63,323 nt of DNA from Octopus sinensis (lineage: Eukaryota), in NCBI RefSeq assembly GCF_006345805.1, contig NW_021834528.1, positions 1 to 63,323 on the forward strand. The letters are read 5' to 3'. Made by a program: the position numbers and the translations under genes. Positions 1 through 11,997 of the stretch are shown here, piece by piece; the stretch's first letter is position 1, and every line of letters starts with the position of its first letter. The notes below the pieces were generated by a model. The model saw only the letters and a list, made by a program, of their open reading frames with translations, did no database searches and was not told where the DNA came from.

Positions 1-1161
1 ATATATATATGTATATGCATATATATAATATATATATATATATAATATATATATATATATCATTGCTATATATGCATACATATATTTATATTAAGAGATT
101 ATGTGTGCATGTGAGTTGTGGTGTTGCACACATATATATATATGTGTGCGTGTGTGTGTGTGTATTTTATGTTTGTATGCATGTATATGTGCGTGCATGT
201 ATGTATACATACATATGTATAGTCAACAGGTGAGATCCATAGATTTTCAGTATCAAAACATTTAGTAGTGCTCAAATATTTCGAACTTAGACCCACCCTC
301 CACATTTAAACATTCCACCTTTAAACTTCACTGCATCATGATCTGAAATATTAGATTTCTTTTCTACCCTGATGAAGGAGGCCCGGTTTATTTTATGTTT
401 ATTTGCTTCCATTACGCACTGCATATTTTGGTGAACTACATCTACCAACATTATGATGGATCTCCAAGCCCCAGAAACAGCTATTAGACTCACTTCTTCT
501 CTTTACCTCTTGCCCTTCAATCTTCTCTGTCATATTGTACTCAATATCATAAATAGGTACCCCGTGTAAGTTTGATCTATTAATATATAAATATATAAAT
601 ATTTATACTAAGATATTCATCGTCTGAAAATCTTCAGTCTTTCTTTCTGTTTGTAATTTGCATTTACGCGTGCGCACACAGACACACATATTGTATATCA
701 AACCCAAGCTGTTATATTTAATTTGTTTATCCGCATAATTGCCTACGCATGTATGTATGTATGTATGTATGTATGTATGTATGTATGTATGTATGTATGT
801 ATGTATGTATGTATGTATGTATGTATGCATTTATAGTTGTTCATATGAATATATTTAGTTATGTATACATGTACTCGCGTGGAAAGAACCGTTCCACTCC
901 TATCAACACCAAACAATGGCGTTTGATATAATATCATGAAAATGAAAGCCTTTCGAGTGGTGTGTATTATAAGGTTAACAGAATCTTAACCATTCGCCAA
1001 ATAAATGGGCAGCATTGAGTGATTTATCTAAGACATTGAAACAGTTTACACAACCGGAAGGAATCAAAGTGTCTGCTTCTATCATAATGGCTGCTTTTGT
1101 TCAGTTTTGCCTTTGCCACTTTTTTTCTGGTGGTGATTGTTATTATGTTTTATGTGATTTG

Positions 1162-1197
<36 letters not shown>

Positions 1198-1439
1198 AAC
1201 ATCTATATGCTTATATATGTATATATATGTATATATATATATTCATATATATACATATATTTGCATACATATATATATATATATGTTAGATATATTCATA
1301 TATATACATATATTTGCATACATAATATATATGTATATATATATATATATACATATATACCTAATTTGTATATACATATATATATATATATATATATAAC
1401 ATACACACACACACACATATATATATAAATATAATATAT

Positions 1440-1500
<61 letters not shown>

Positions 1501-1954
1501 GGACACACATACAAAGAGACCGAGATTAGATGGATGGATGGATGGATGGATAGATAAAACCTAAGATTTAATATTCTTGAGAATATGGTTACACGTCATC
1601 TCCAACTCTATCACCTCCATCGCTACCTCGCACTCCTCCGTCACCACTACAATAACTATAGACACTTATTACATTTTTCTTATTGGTTTTATCTGGTTTT
1701 CTGTCCTTCTGTATCTGTCTTTCTTCCCATCTCTTTATATGTCTCTACTTTGTTACAAAGTAGTCTCTGATGTGTCTTTTGATGAAGCAAAGTGTATTTT
1801 GTTGGACTCATTATTTTTAAATTATATATACATACACCTTATATACTACATATACGCATACGTATGTGTATATAAATATATGTATACATATACATATATA
1901 AATATATACATATATATAAATATGTGTGTGTGCATAATTTGGCTTATATACAAA

Positions 1955-2640
1955 TAGTAGCAATGCATCCCGGCGTTGCCCGGATGTTATGACCTACAGG
2001 TACATTGTATTATTTGCTCCTTTCTTATGGGCAGAATCGGCACAGCTGATATATAGTTAATGGCATAATGGAAGTTATTGCTTATTTAAAAGTTAAGGGG
2101 GAGGGCACAATTTACATGGGTTTGCATGAAAGTGCTTTCTGTTCTTAAGAAAGATTACAAACTATGTATTGTTTCAACGTATAAAAGGGGGTAATACGAT
2201 TTTGTCCAGAAATCCCATTTTCAAAACTCTAATTCCCTACCCCTATCCTCACAGCAATTTCTTAATTTGTAACTTTTCGAATTTTATTTTATTTTATTTT
2301 ATTTTTTGTTTATTTATTTATTTATTTTTTTTGTTATCTACGTTGAAAAATAAAGATTACGAATCTGAGAAATACTCATTTTTTTATAGATTAATTACTT
2401 TTTAAAAAAACAGTCAATGACCTTTCCCCCACCTCGCCCACCCTTCACCTACTCGCTTTCACTTTTGTCTGATGTTTCCCACATGAGTAGAATTTTACTG
2501 AAATAGCAAACTTTAAAAATACCAGACCACCACTAGAAAAAAATTTCATAAATGTTTGTCCGGGTAGAATTCTACGCATGCGTGAAACATCAGACGAAAG
2601 TGAAACTTTAGAAGCAAATTGAAATATTGTCCGAAAAATG
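1955..2640 (-). mobile_element. Helitron-like non-autonomous element, 3' end at left (right boundary approximate)
   Basis: Minus strand ATCCGGGCAACGCCGGGAT is a GC-rich hairpin followed ~8 nt later by CTAC/TA, a degenerate CTAG terminus. Confidence 0.4.
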
Positions 2641-2783
2641 ACCTCAAAATTGTGTGACCCGCGTAGTTGCCGAGGTTATTTTAGTTGTAAAAAGTAGTTG
2701 TTGAGCGAAAAACATAGTTTATTAGGTAGATAGATAATAAGCAACAGTTATGTTTCATTATAACTCTCAAAGTTGTCGACGAA

Positions 2784-3153
2784 CTGTCATTCCGATCAGC
2801 TGTTTTGTTCGTTAATTTCCGTAAAATTGTTTTATTTATTTACTTTTGTTTTCAACTGAGAGGAGAAAGTGAAAAATGTATGAACATGTATATGAAATGG
2901 ACGTGTGTGTGTGTGTGTGTTTGTATGTGTGCGTGAGAGAGTGAGTGAGTGCCACTTACACATACATGAGAACACACACGTTCACTCACTCTCTCTCTCT
3001 CTCACACACACGCACATGTACATACAAAAAGGATGTATGCATATGTATTGATGTATGTACGTATACATGACAACCACAGTTTCGGTCACTCTCTTCCTCT
3101 CTCTCTTTTTCTCCCTTTCTCCCTTCATCTCTTTCTTTCTCCCTTACACACAC

Positions 3154-3193
<40 letters not shown>

Positions 3194-3304
3194 GTCCATT
3201 TCATATACACGTACATACACATTTCAGTTTCTCCTCTCTTTTACTTTAAAACAAAAGTAAATAAATAAAAAAATTTTACGGAAATTAATGAACGCAGATG
3301 ACAG
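2784..3304. mobile_element. Foldback/MITE with ~130-bp imperfect inverted arms that include (GT)n/(AC)n
   Basis: ctgtcat...ttaatttccgtaaaatt...tatatgaaatggacgtgtgtg versus cacacacgtccatttcatata...aattttacggaaattaa...atgacag. Confidence 0.8.
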
Positions 3305-3328
3305 CTCTGCAAGTCCAAAAAAAAGATC

Positions 3329-3758
3329 GGATCTTTTCAGTTTGGATGGCAGTTTTTTCTAGCGGTGTCATACGAAATTGTCACCCATAATTATGACCCT
3401 AGAATCGATCTATTGCAATTCAATCTATTTTAGGGTTAGGGTTAGTTAAGGTTGGTTAGGGTTAGGGTTAGGGTCAGGGATTTTCTTCACAAATGTAAAT
3501 AAACCCAATCTGTTTCTTAAACGAGGGACATATTCATACGGCACAGAATGCTTTTTAACTCAACAGACGTCACTGATTGGTTGAAATTGCAGAAATTGAA
3601 GAAAAAAAACAACAAATATCTTACAAACTATAGAATTTTCTCAATAAAGCCAAGAGAAAAAGATGTTTTATAAACACATTCTACCAGTATACGAAGTTTA
3701 AAATTTTTTAGTTACCTAGAAATTATGTTAAAAACTGCCGTTCAAACCGAAAAGATCC
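3329..3758 (+). mobile_element. MITE with GGATCTTTTC.. TIRs, ~8-bp TSD and internal TTAGGG repeats (Merlin-like)
   Basis: TIR GGATCTTTTCAGTTTGGATGGCAGTTTTT / AAAAACTGCCGTTCAAACCGAAAAGATCC. The flanks aaaagatc / gaaagatc match at 7 of 8 positions. Confidence 0.85.
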
Positions 3759-4109
3759 GAAAGATCGCTTCAGCAACTTTCTTTATTATAATACAGATGT
3801 GACTAATTTGGAGAACCACTAATTTCATTATTCACACATCGTCAGTCTTGTAATCAAACACTAATTTTGGTTGATATTGACAGTTTGAAACTATTTTCCC
3901 TTTCTAACTTTCAATATCAGCGCGTTTCACTGTTGGGTGGGTAAGAGTGGGGGAATTCACATACATATACCAACACACACACAGACATACATTAACGCAC
4001 ACCTCAAGCCTGTCTCTGTCCCTATGTGTGTCTGTGTTTTTAGATGTGTGTGTGTCAGTAGTCACAAAAATGTATGTATACTGACAGACACAAACACCGT
4101 CACACACAT

Positions 4110-4345
4110 ATAATTCTTTATTACCCACAAGGGGCTAAACACAGAGGGGACAAACAAGGACAGACATAGGTATTAAGTCGATCACATCGACCCCAGTGTG
4201 TAACTGGTACTTAATTTGTCGACCCCGGAAGGATGAAAGGCAAAGTCGACCTCGGCTGAATTTGAACTCACAACGTAACGGCAGACGAAATACCACAAAG
4301 CATTTCGCCCGGCGTGCTAACGTTTCTGCCAGCTCGCCGCCATAC
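4110..4345 (-). mobile_element. SINE family B (tRNA-like head, Nin/Deu-like core)
   Basis: Minus-strand head GGCGGCGAGCTGGCAGAAACGTTAGCACGCCGGGCGAAATG..., B-box-like GAGTTCAAATTC, core GACTTTGCCTTTCATCCTTCCGGGGTCGACAAATTAAGTACCAG. Further copies at ~22825-23030+, 23520-23690+, 23860-24070+, 24650-25010-, 27975-28130-, 34130-34270+, 42600-42850-, 47365-47545+ and 47830-48020-. Confidence 0.85.
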
Positions 4346-4879
4346 ACCGTCACACACATATACTTGTCAGTCGTCGGCCTAATGTACATAACAAACGCGC
4401 GAACGCATACAGAAAATGTGACGTCATCGTCGTTACGGTGGTGGTGGCTTTGTGTGAGTGCGTTTATGTATTTGTGTATATTTGCTTCCAGGTGTGTTAG
4501 CGAACATGTGTGTGCGTATGAGTATATGTGTGTGTGTGTGTGTCTAGGTGTTTCTGCATGTTTATCTGTGTATGTGTATGTATGTGCGCGCGCTCGCTCT
4601 TTAGTTCTATCTTAATGTTTGTGCTGTTTGACATAATCACTGACAGCTATCAATCAGAAAGCAATTTGCTTCACACGGAAGAAATAAATAGACAAAAGGA
4701 AAAAGCAAAGTAACAGAGAATATTCCATGCCTAGAGAAAGATAAGTCTGTTGAAATATCTAAAATTCAAACTAAGACAAGTGAGAAGTCCCAGATTAAAT
4801 AAAATATCTTTCTTTCAGTTTGTTTTCTTCTTAGCTTCTTGGGAGTATATGTTAGATAGATATGTTGAGGGTAAATCTT

Positions 4880-4919
<40 letters not shown>

Positions 4920-4925
4920 ATATAT

Positions 4926-7419
4926 ATTATATAAAAGGGCTTAGTAAAATAAATTACTTTGCCGCATACTGAACTCATTAGAAATAGCAGCTAAAAAACT
5001 TTTTTAAGGCTATTTCTAATACTTAAAGAAAATCTCTCTCATATATAGTGTTTGCATAATTTAACTCACAAAAGTTTGGGGGTAATGACATCGAAAAATC
5101 AAATGCTAAGGTTATTTTACTAAGCCCTTTTATATAATGTAATAATTTGAATTCGCCTTGAATGGTCCCTTTGCATACTGAACACTTGGTGAAATTGATT
5201 AATAATTAATTAATTTTGCCCTCAATTGTTGAAATTATAATTAATCTCCCTCTGATTAATGCTTCGGACTTTACCGAAATAAGCATAGAGTTTGATGATT
5301 TTAACCCACGCTGGTGGAAAGGGGAGAACAGAGATTCTTCGCTTGCTTATTTTGAATTTGTTGACACTGTTAGTTGGGAGCAGATCTTCGAGAGGGTATG
5401 TTCTTATTTTCAGTGTTTCCAAATCCAAACCAAGGAATTTCCGAGCCGATGATAGAATGTTGTGTTTTGACTAATCTTGAAACGTACGTTCTCGAATAAC
5501 CTTAGCATTTGATTTTTCGATGTCATTACCCCCAAACTTTTGTGAGTTAAATTATGCAAACACTATATATATGAGAGAGATTTTCTTTAAGTATTAGAAA
5601 TAGCCTTAAAAAAGTTTTTTAGCTGCTATTTCTAATGAGTTCAGTATGCGGCAAAGTAATTTATTTTACTAAGCCCTTTTATATAATGTAATAATTTGAA
5701 TTCGCCTTGAATGGTCCCTTTGCATACTGAACCCTTGGTGAAATTGATTAATAATTAATTAATTTTGCCCTCAATTGTTGAATTATAATTAATCTCCCTC
5801 TGATTAATGCTTCGGACTTTACCGAAATAAGCATAGAGTTTGATGATTTTACCCCGCTGGTGGAAAGGGGAGAACAGAGATTCTTCGCTTGCTTATTTTG
5901 AATTTGTTGACACTGTTAGTTGGGAGCAGATCTTCGAGAGGGTATGTTCTTATTTTCAGTGTTTCCAAATCCAAACCAAGGAATTTCCGAGCCGATGATA
6001 GAAATGTTGTTTTGACTAATCTTGAACGTACGTTCTCGAATAACCTTAGCATTTGATTTTTCGATGTTTACCCCAAACCACCCAACTTTTGTGAGTTAAA
6101 TTATGCAACACTATTATGAGAGAGATTTTCTTTAAGTATTAGAAATAGCCTTAAAAAAGTTTTTTAGCTGCTATTTCTAATGAGTTCAGTATCGGCAAAG
6201 TAATTTATTTACTACTACCCTTTTATATAATGTAATAATTTGAATTCGCCTTGATGTTCCCTTTGCATACTGAACACTTGGTGAAATTGATTAATAATTA
6301 ATTAATTTTGCCCTCAATTGTTGAAATTATAATTAATCTCCCTCTGATTAATGCTTCGGACTTTACCGAAATAAGCATAGATTTTGATGATTTTTAAACC
6401 CACGCTGGTGGAAAGGGAGAACAGAGATTCTTCGCTTGCTTATTTTGAATTTGTTGACACTGTTAGTTGGGAGCAGATCTTCGAGAGGGTATGTTCTTAT
6501 TTTCAGTTTTCCAAATCCAAACCAAGGAATTTCCGAGCCGATGATAGAAATGTTGTTTTGACTAATCTTGAAACGTACGTTCTCGAATAACCTTAGCATT
6601 TGATTTTTCGATGTCATTACCCCCAAACTTTTGTGAGTTAAATTATGCAAACACTATATATGAGAGAGATTTTCTTTAAGTATTAGAAATAGCCTTAAAA
6701 ATTTTTTAGCTGCTATTTCTAATGAGTTCAGTATGCGGCAAAGTAATTTATTTTACTAAGCCCTTTTATATAATGTAATAATTTGAATTCGCCTTGAATG
6801 GTCCCTTTGCATACTGAACACTTGGTGAAATTGATTAATAATTAATTAATTTTGCCCTCAATTGTTGAAATTATAATTAATCTCCCTCTGATTAATGCTT
6901 CGGACTTTACCGAAATAAGCATAGAGTTTGATGATTTTAACCCACGCTGGTGTTGAAAGGGGAGAACAGAGATTCTTCGCTTGCTTATTTTGAATTTGTT
7001 GACACTGTTAGTTGGAGCAGATCTTCGAGAGGGTATGTTCTTATTTTCAGTGTTTCCAAATCCAAACCAAGGAATTTCCGAGCCGATGATAGAAATGTTG
7101 TTTTGACTAATCTTGAAACGTACGTTCTCGAATAACCTTAGCATTTGATTTTTCGATGTCATTACCCCCAAACTTTTGTGAGTTAAATTATGCAAACACT
7201 ATATATGAGAGAGATTTTCTTTAAGTATTAGAAATAGCCTAAAAAAAAAGTTTTTTAGCTGCTATTTCTAATGAGTTCAGTATGCGGCAAAGTAATTTAT
7301 TTTACTAAGCCCTTTTATATAATGTAATAATTTGAATTCGCCTTGAATGGTCCTTTGCATACTGAACACTTGGTGAAATTGATTAATAATTAATTAATTT
7401 TGCCCTCAATTGTTGAAAT
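4926..7419 (+). repeat. Tandem array of ~547-bp unit (about 4.2 copies) with a terminal 190-bp inverted segment, embedded in (TA)n
   Basis: The unit start ttactaagcccttttatataatg recurs at about 5117, 5666, 6209, 6753 and 7302. The segment 4926-5116 is the reverse complement of the unit segment aataaccttagc...cccttttatataat. Confidence 0.95.
5442..5494 (+). ncRNA. Candidate hammerhead motif in the 547-bp unit (also 5988-6038, 6534-6585, 7079-7130)
   Basis: CGAG [CCGATGA] weak stem II [GAAA] CGTACG [TT] CTCG: 4-bp stem I and perfect palindrome AACGTACGTT. The core has C at position U4. The unit-2 copy has GAA instead of GAAA. Confidence 0.45.
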
Positions 7420-7812
7420 ATATTATATAATATATATATATTATATATATATATATATATAACACACATACACACATGTATATTGGTATGCTTGTACGTA
7501 TTTATATGTGTACGTATGTATATGTATATATGTATGTGTGTATGTATGTAGACAGACAGACAGACAGACAGACCAGACAGACAGACAGACAGAGTGTTAT
7601 CAATAAGGGATTGGCAATCTTGATAAAATACTTCACAAGTTCTCTGTTATTCAAAAATACACCAGGCTAAAAATATGTTTTCAGATTAGTAAAGAACTCC
7701 AGGTAAGGTCTGGAGTAAAGTCCATCACCAGTCAATTTTGTAAATCCGTGGTTGCATTCCTCATTCAAACTGAGTCTTCTTCATGTATGTATATATATAT
7801 ATATTATATATA

Positions 7813-7852
<40 letters not shown>

Positions 7853-7993
7853 GAAAATAGTAAAGTGTGAAAAAACGACAAGAAACACAGAGGCTTAAAT
7901 GTTAAAAAATATATATATTTGTGTCAAAATGTCTGGAGAATATTGGAAAAATTTTTTTCCTTTCCTTAAAATGACATAATTTTAAAATTTTTA

Positions 7994-8033
7994 AAGAAAT
8001 TACCGGTTTCGCGTGTAGCTTTTCAAATTTCTT
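7994..8033 (-). ncRNA. Same U3:A8 hammerhead motif in the 3' pLTR of the minus PLE copy
   Basis: Exact reverse complement of 14186-14225. Confidence 0.75.
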
Positions 8034-8172
8034 GTGACGTTATGTTTATATTGCATGGAATTATCGTTGTTTTTATTTCCAGGAGATTTCTAAATAAGGG
8101 GAGGTAGTGAGTGATTTTTTCCGGTGTAGGGGAGATAATCGCTTAAAAAATTTTTTTTTTTCCATTTCCTTG

Positions 8173-11100
8173 TTAATTTCTCTGTGTCAGTATGTTCGGA
8201 TGGTTGAGTCTGGGTTTGTACTTTTCAATGAAGAATGTTTCCTTGTTCAGTCTCATTTGTGTTGATGATCCGAAAGCACATTGGTAAAATGGGAAGATTA
8301 AAAATTGTGGCAGTAGTTGCTTTGCGCATTTCTCAATGTGCTCACTAAAAGGTATCATTCTATATTCTGGGAATGCAATCTTGTTGTCGATGCAGTGTGC
8401 ATCTGCGCCTGAGTGATAGTCCCGTGGAACCCACGTAGTCTTGGTGGCAGCCCGAGCACATTTAATAACATAAATTATGTTTTCAGAGGCACAAGTAAAG
8501 TTAGATTTGATCTTAAATTTCTGTCCCTCTTTAAAGAAGAATTCTGATCCTTCCAATAGGTTAGGACATGTTGCACAGTTCGATCTACCACATTTTTTTA
8601 CTTTTGCATCCGTAATTTAGAAGACAATTTTGCCTTTGTGAGAATCTTTTTAAGTGATTTAGGCTGTTTGTAGCTTTTAATGATTTGGTGTATGTTTAGA
8701 ATTTCCTTTAATTTTGGGTTTTTATGAAGTATTGGTAAATTCTGGGTGATGATGGTGAAGGCTTCTTTGTTTCTGGGGTTGTATGTAGATATGTAAGGTA
8801 GTATTTTTCGGGGAAGGTGTGTTGTTGTGTTGAACTTTTCTTAAAGTTTCTATGTTTGATTTCTGTTGCACGTCTGATCCCATCCTCTATGAGTGAGCTG
8901 GGTAATGTCTGTCAATTAGGGTGTTTTTGAGTTCTTGCAGTCTAAAGTTCCTGGTATTTTGTTCTGACACTATTGTGCATATCCTTCTTGCAAGGTTGAA
9001 GGGGATGTTTGTTTTAGTGTGTCTTGGGTGGCATGAATTAAAAAAGAGGTATTGTTTGGCGTCTGTGGCTTTGTAAAAAATGTCTGTTTCTATTTTAAGG
9101 TTAATTTTTTTAATTAGTATATCCAAGAACGGGAGCTCCTTTTGGTTGTATTCCATTGTGAACTGTATATTTGGGTTTATGCTGTTCAATAGGTTTTTAA
9201 ATTTTAGGAGTTTATCTATGTTTTCATTCCAGAGAATGAAACAATCGTCTAGGAATCGTTTCCAATTCTCTTTTATGTATTGAGAGAGGGAGTTTCCAAA
9301 GATTGATAGAGATTCCTGGTAAATGATTATTTCCATGTATCCCATTGTTAAGTTCGCAATGACTGGTGCTGCCCTTGTACCCATAGCAATTCCGGATTTT
9401 TGACGGTAAAATGTATTGTCAAACATGAAGTGGTTATTGTGTAGGATGAATTCAATTGATTTAGTAATGAATTCTTTACTGATCCTTTTTGTATTTCTTC
9501 CGGAAATTGGTCTAACCAGAATTGTATTGCCTCCAGTCCATAATTATGAGGTATACTGGTATACAAGTTGACTACATCAAATGAAACCAGGATTGTTTCT
9601 TCCTTGGTTTTTTTTGGAAGGTGGTTTAACATATCTAAGTCATCTCTGATATGGCTATCGATATGTTTAAGGAAGGGTTTCAAGAGGATGTCCATAAGTA
9701 GACTTAGTCTGTGTGTTTCACAGGTTGGGCCAGCTACAATGGGTCGTAGTTTTAGGTCCCCCGGATTAGGTGTGTGTATGTATGTCTTTGGTGATTTTTT
9801 AATGGTTTCATTTATAATTTGACTTTTATGAATTTTTGGCAGACCATAGAAAAGGCTAGGTTTGCATTTAAAGTTTGTTAGGAAATCAATCTCTTTGGTT
9901 GTCAGTTCCTTTTCATGGGTTTTAATTAGTGAAGATAGAGTTTTCATTATTTTTTGTGGGGTGTAGTTGGTAATTTTTTCATAATGTAGGTCTTCATCAA
10001 GCAAGGAAATTACAAGATTTCTGTAGTATGATGTATCCATTATTACAACTGCATTTCCCTTGTCCGCTTCCTTAATGGTTATATCTTCATCATTTTGAGT
10101 TCTATCAGTTCTTTCCATTGTGTATTGTTAAAATTTGGGTTAGCTTTCTGTTTATGTATAGTATGGTAGGGGAAGTTCTCAATGTGGTTACAGAATTCGT
10201 CAAGATCTTTATTTCTTCCTCTGTTGTGGGATGTGTTCACTTTTGTTCTTGACAGTGATTCATCTTCAGTATTGAAACTGTTTGATGCTTCTGCTAGTCT
10301 TAATTTTCTGCAAAATTCTGTTATATTATCCTTGAGTTCATTTAGGTTTGCTCTGCGTGGAGTTGGTGTAAATTTGAGCCCTTTTGCGAGGATGTCAATT
10401 TTTATGTTAGAAAGAGGTTTGGTTGAAAGATTGATTATCTTCGGTTTTTCCTTATTACTAGGTTCCAGCCTGTGTCCTGGTGTCCCTGGTCCCTGGCTAA
10501 AAAATGTTGGGTGTAATTTTGTTTGTATGAGTTGTCTGTGAGGTTGTGTGGTATTTGGTCGGGGGAGTGGTGGTATTGTTGCCTCCGATCGTTGTGTGTG
10601 TGGGGGAATCTATGGTTGTTAATGCTTGTGGTGTGTGTAAAATTTCTGTATGGGGAATATTTTTGTTTCGAACTTCTTGTATGTGGGATGTTACTTGACA
10701 TAGTGTTTCTTTGCGTTTGTCTTGTGTTTAGTGGGGACCAGTAGTTTTGGTTCATGGGGTAGTAGTGATTTTGTGTGTGGTGTATTTCTTATCCTAGTGT
10801 CGTATTGTGCTGTATGGTGGTTGGGTCTGGTATTATGATGTTGTTGGTTTGTTCTGTTTTTTGTGTGTAATTTCTTTCATAGACGCGTCCTCTTTCAGCT
10901 AGTTCCCTGTTAGGTCTAGCGTGGTTTGTAGAGGTTGGTTGTGGGTGATTTCTGTTTTTAGTGTATGGAGGATAGTTGGGGGTTGTTCGTGGGTTGTTAG
11001 GTTTTTTCTTTTGTTTATTGTAATTTCTTTAAGGAAGGGATTATTTGTACCCAATTCATTTTTGAAGGTTTCACTATATTTTTGGAAGAAGTCCATGTTT

Positions 11101-11789
11101 TTCTCCCAGCGTAGGAGAGAATTTCTCTCTTCTCTCTCACAGGAATCCTTCCAGTGATCCAATGTATTATCGAGGGGTTGTCCCTCGGTATATTTTAGTA
11201 TTTGATTGTGCATCTCCTCGTCTATGCTTTTAAGTTTTTCTTCATTTGTGGAGGCCCTGAGTCTTAGAAGCTCTATTTCTGATTTAAAATTGAACAGAGC
11301 TGACTTTTCTCTAATAGATCTCTGTCCGTCAGGCTCGTTAGGAATTAATTTATCTGGAATTTGCGTGGGAGGATAATTGGTGTTGAGTTTATCCATCCCT
11401 CGTAGATATCTGCTTTGTTGGAATTTTTTATCATGTTCCAGAAGGTGAGTTTTCTGTTGTGCAGGTTTGTATTCCAAACGTTCCCTATTTTCTTTTTGTT
11501 GGGTTGGTTTGGGTGCGTATGGTATCCTGCTGTGTTTCATTAGGTGCCTGTGTATTATTTTCGGATTTGTTGATGAAAATTGAGTTCAGTGTTGTATATA
11601 ACAGTTGTAGATCCTTACTCACCTGGTCAGTGTAACGGGTTGCATCTTCATTGCTTTTACTTTCCCGGGCGAGTAAGTTTGATTCCTCGATTTTGTTGTT
11701 CAGGTTAAGAAGCTGTGAATTAATATTTTTCAGTTCTTGAGTATGTCCTCATTTAAGGTTTTGTCCGAGGTGTTTGACTTCTGTGGCAT
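8173..11789 (-). pseudogene. PLE polyprotein (N-terminal domain + RT + GIY-YIG), broken by single-base indels
   Basis: The ATG at 11789 (MPQKSNTSDKTLNEDIL) follows the pLTR. Track ORFs 10899-11540, 9348-10118, 8887-9426 and 8173-8556 join through +/-1 shifts, mostly at homopolymer runs. Confidence 0.8.
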
Positions 11790-11997
11790 TTTCGTTCTCA
11801 CGTGTTTAATATATAGATAAGAAAGTTTGTTTGGTAAAGCACGTGGGTGAATATATAAGAAAATAGTAAAGTGTGAAAAAACGACAGAAGGCTTAAATGT
11901 TAAAAAATATATATATTTGTGTCAAAATGTCTGGAGAATATTGGAAAAATTTTTTTCCTTTCCTTAAAATGACATAATTTTAAAATTTTTAAAGAAA

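Larger units (their letters stand above)
7849..11997 (-). mobile_element. Penelope-like retroelement (Neptune-like), full-length copy with 5' partial and 3' pseudo-LTRs
   Basis: Minus-strand ORF pieces encode an RT region (ITIKEADKGNAVVIMD, FYGLPKIHK, LRPIVAG, LVSFDVVNLYTSIPH, GIAMGTRAAP, WKRFLDDCF, ELPFLDILI, TDIFYKATD) and a GIY-YIG domain (CGRSNCATC...NIIYVIKC...YVG...FIEKYKPRLN). The segment at 11870-11997 repeats 7849-7999 as a direct terminal repeat. The 3' end runs into (TA)n. Confidence 0.93.

Noticed and set aside
369-488. CTGATGA...GAAACAGCTATT hammerhead-like motif with a long insert
   Set aside because: Stem I does not pair next to the core and the stem III palindrome is broken. 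At best it is a decayed pLTR relic.
1-1520. Many 60-140-aa ORFs rich in Y/I/C/V/H/T, also at 17850-18230, 34545-35180, 43213-43498 and 58675-60101
   Set aside because: They are translations of (TA)n, (CA)n and (TACA)n microsatellites, which lack stop codons in some frames.
3432-3476. TTAGGG repeats as a true telomere or chromosome-fusion site
   Set aside because: They are short, degenerate and internal to a MITE present twice in the window.
6842-7195. 117-aa minus-strand ORF (MHNLTHKSLG...) and the plus-strand ORFs in the 547-bp unit
   Set aside because: The frames are not conserved between units and no domain motif is recognisable. The unit is treated as non-coding.
4926-7419. Tandem repeat considered as a CRISPR-like array
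   Set aside because: The units are identical ~547-bp copies with no short repeat and unique spacer structure, in a eukaryotic context.
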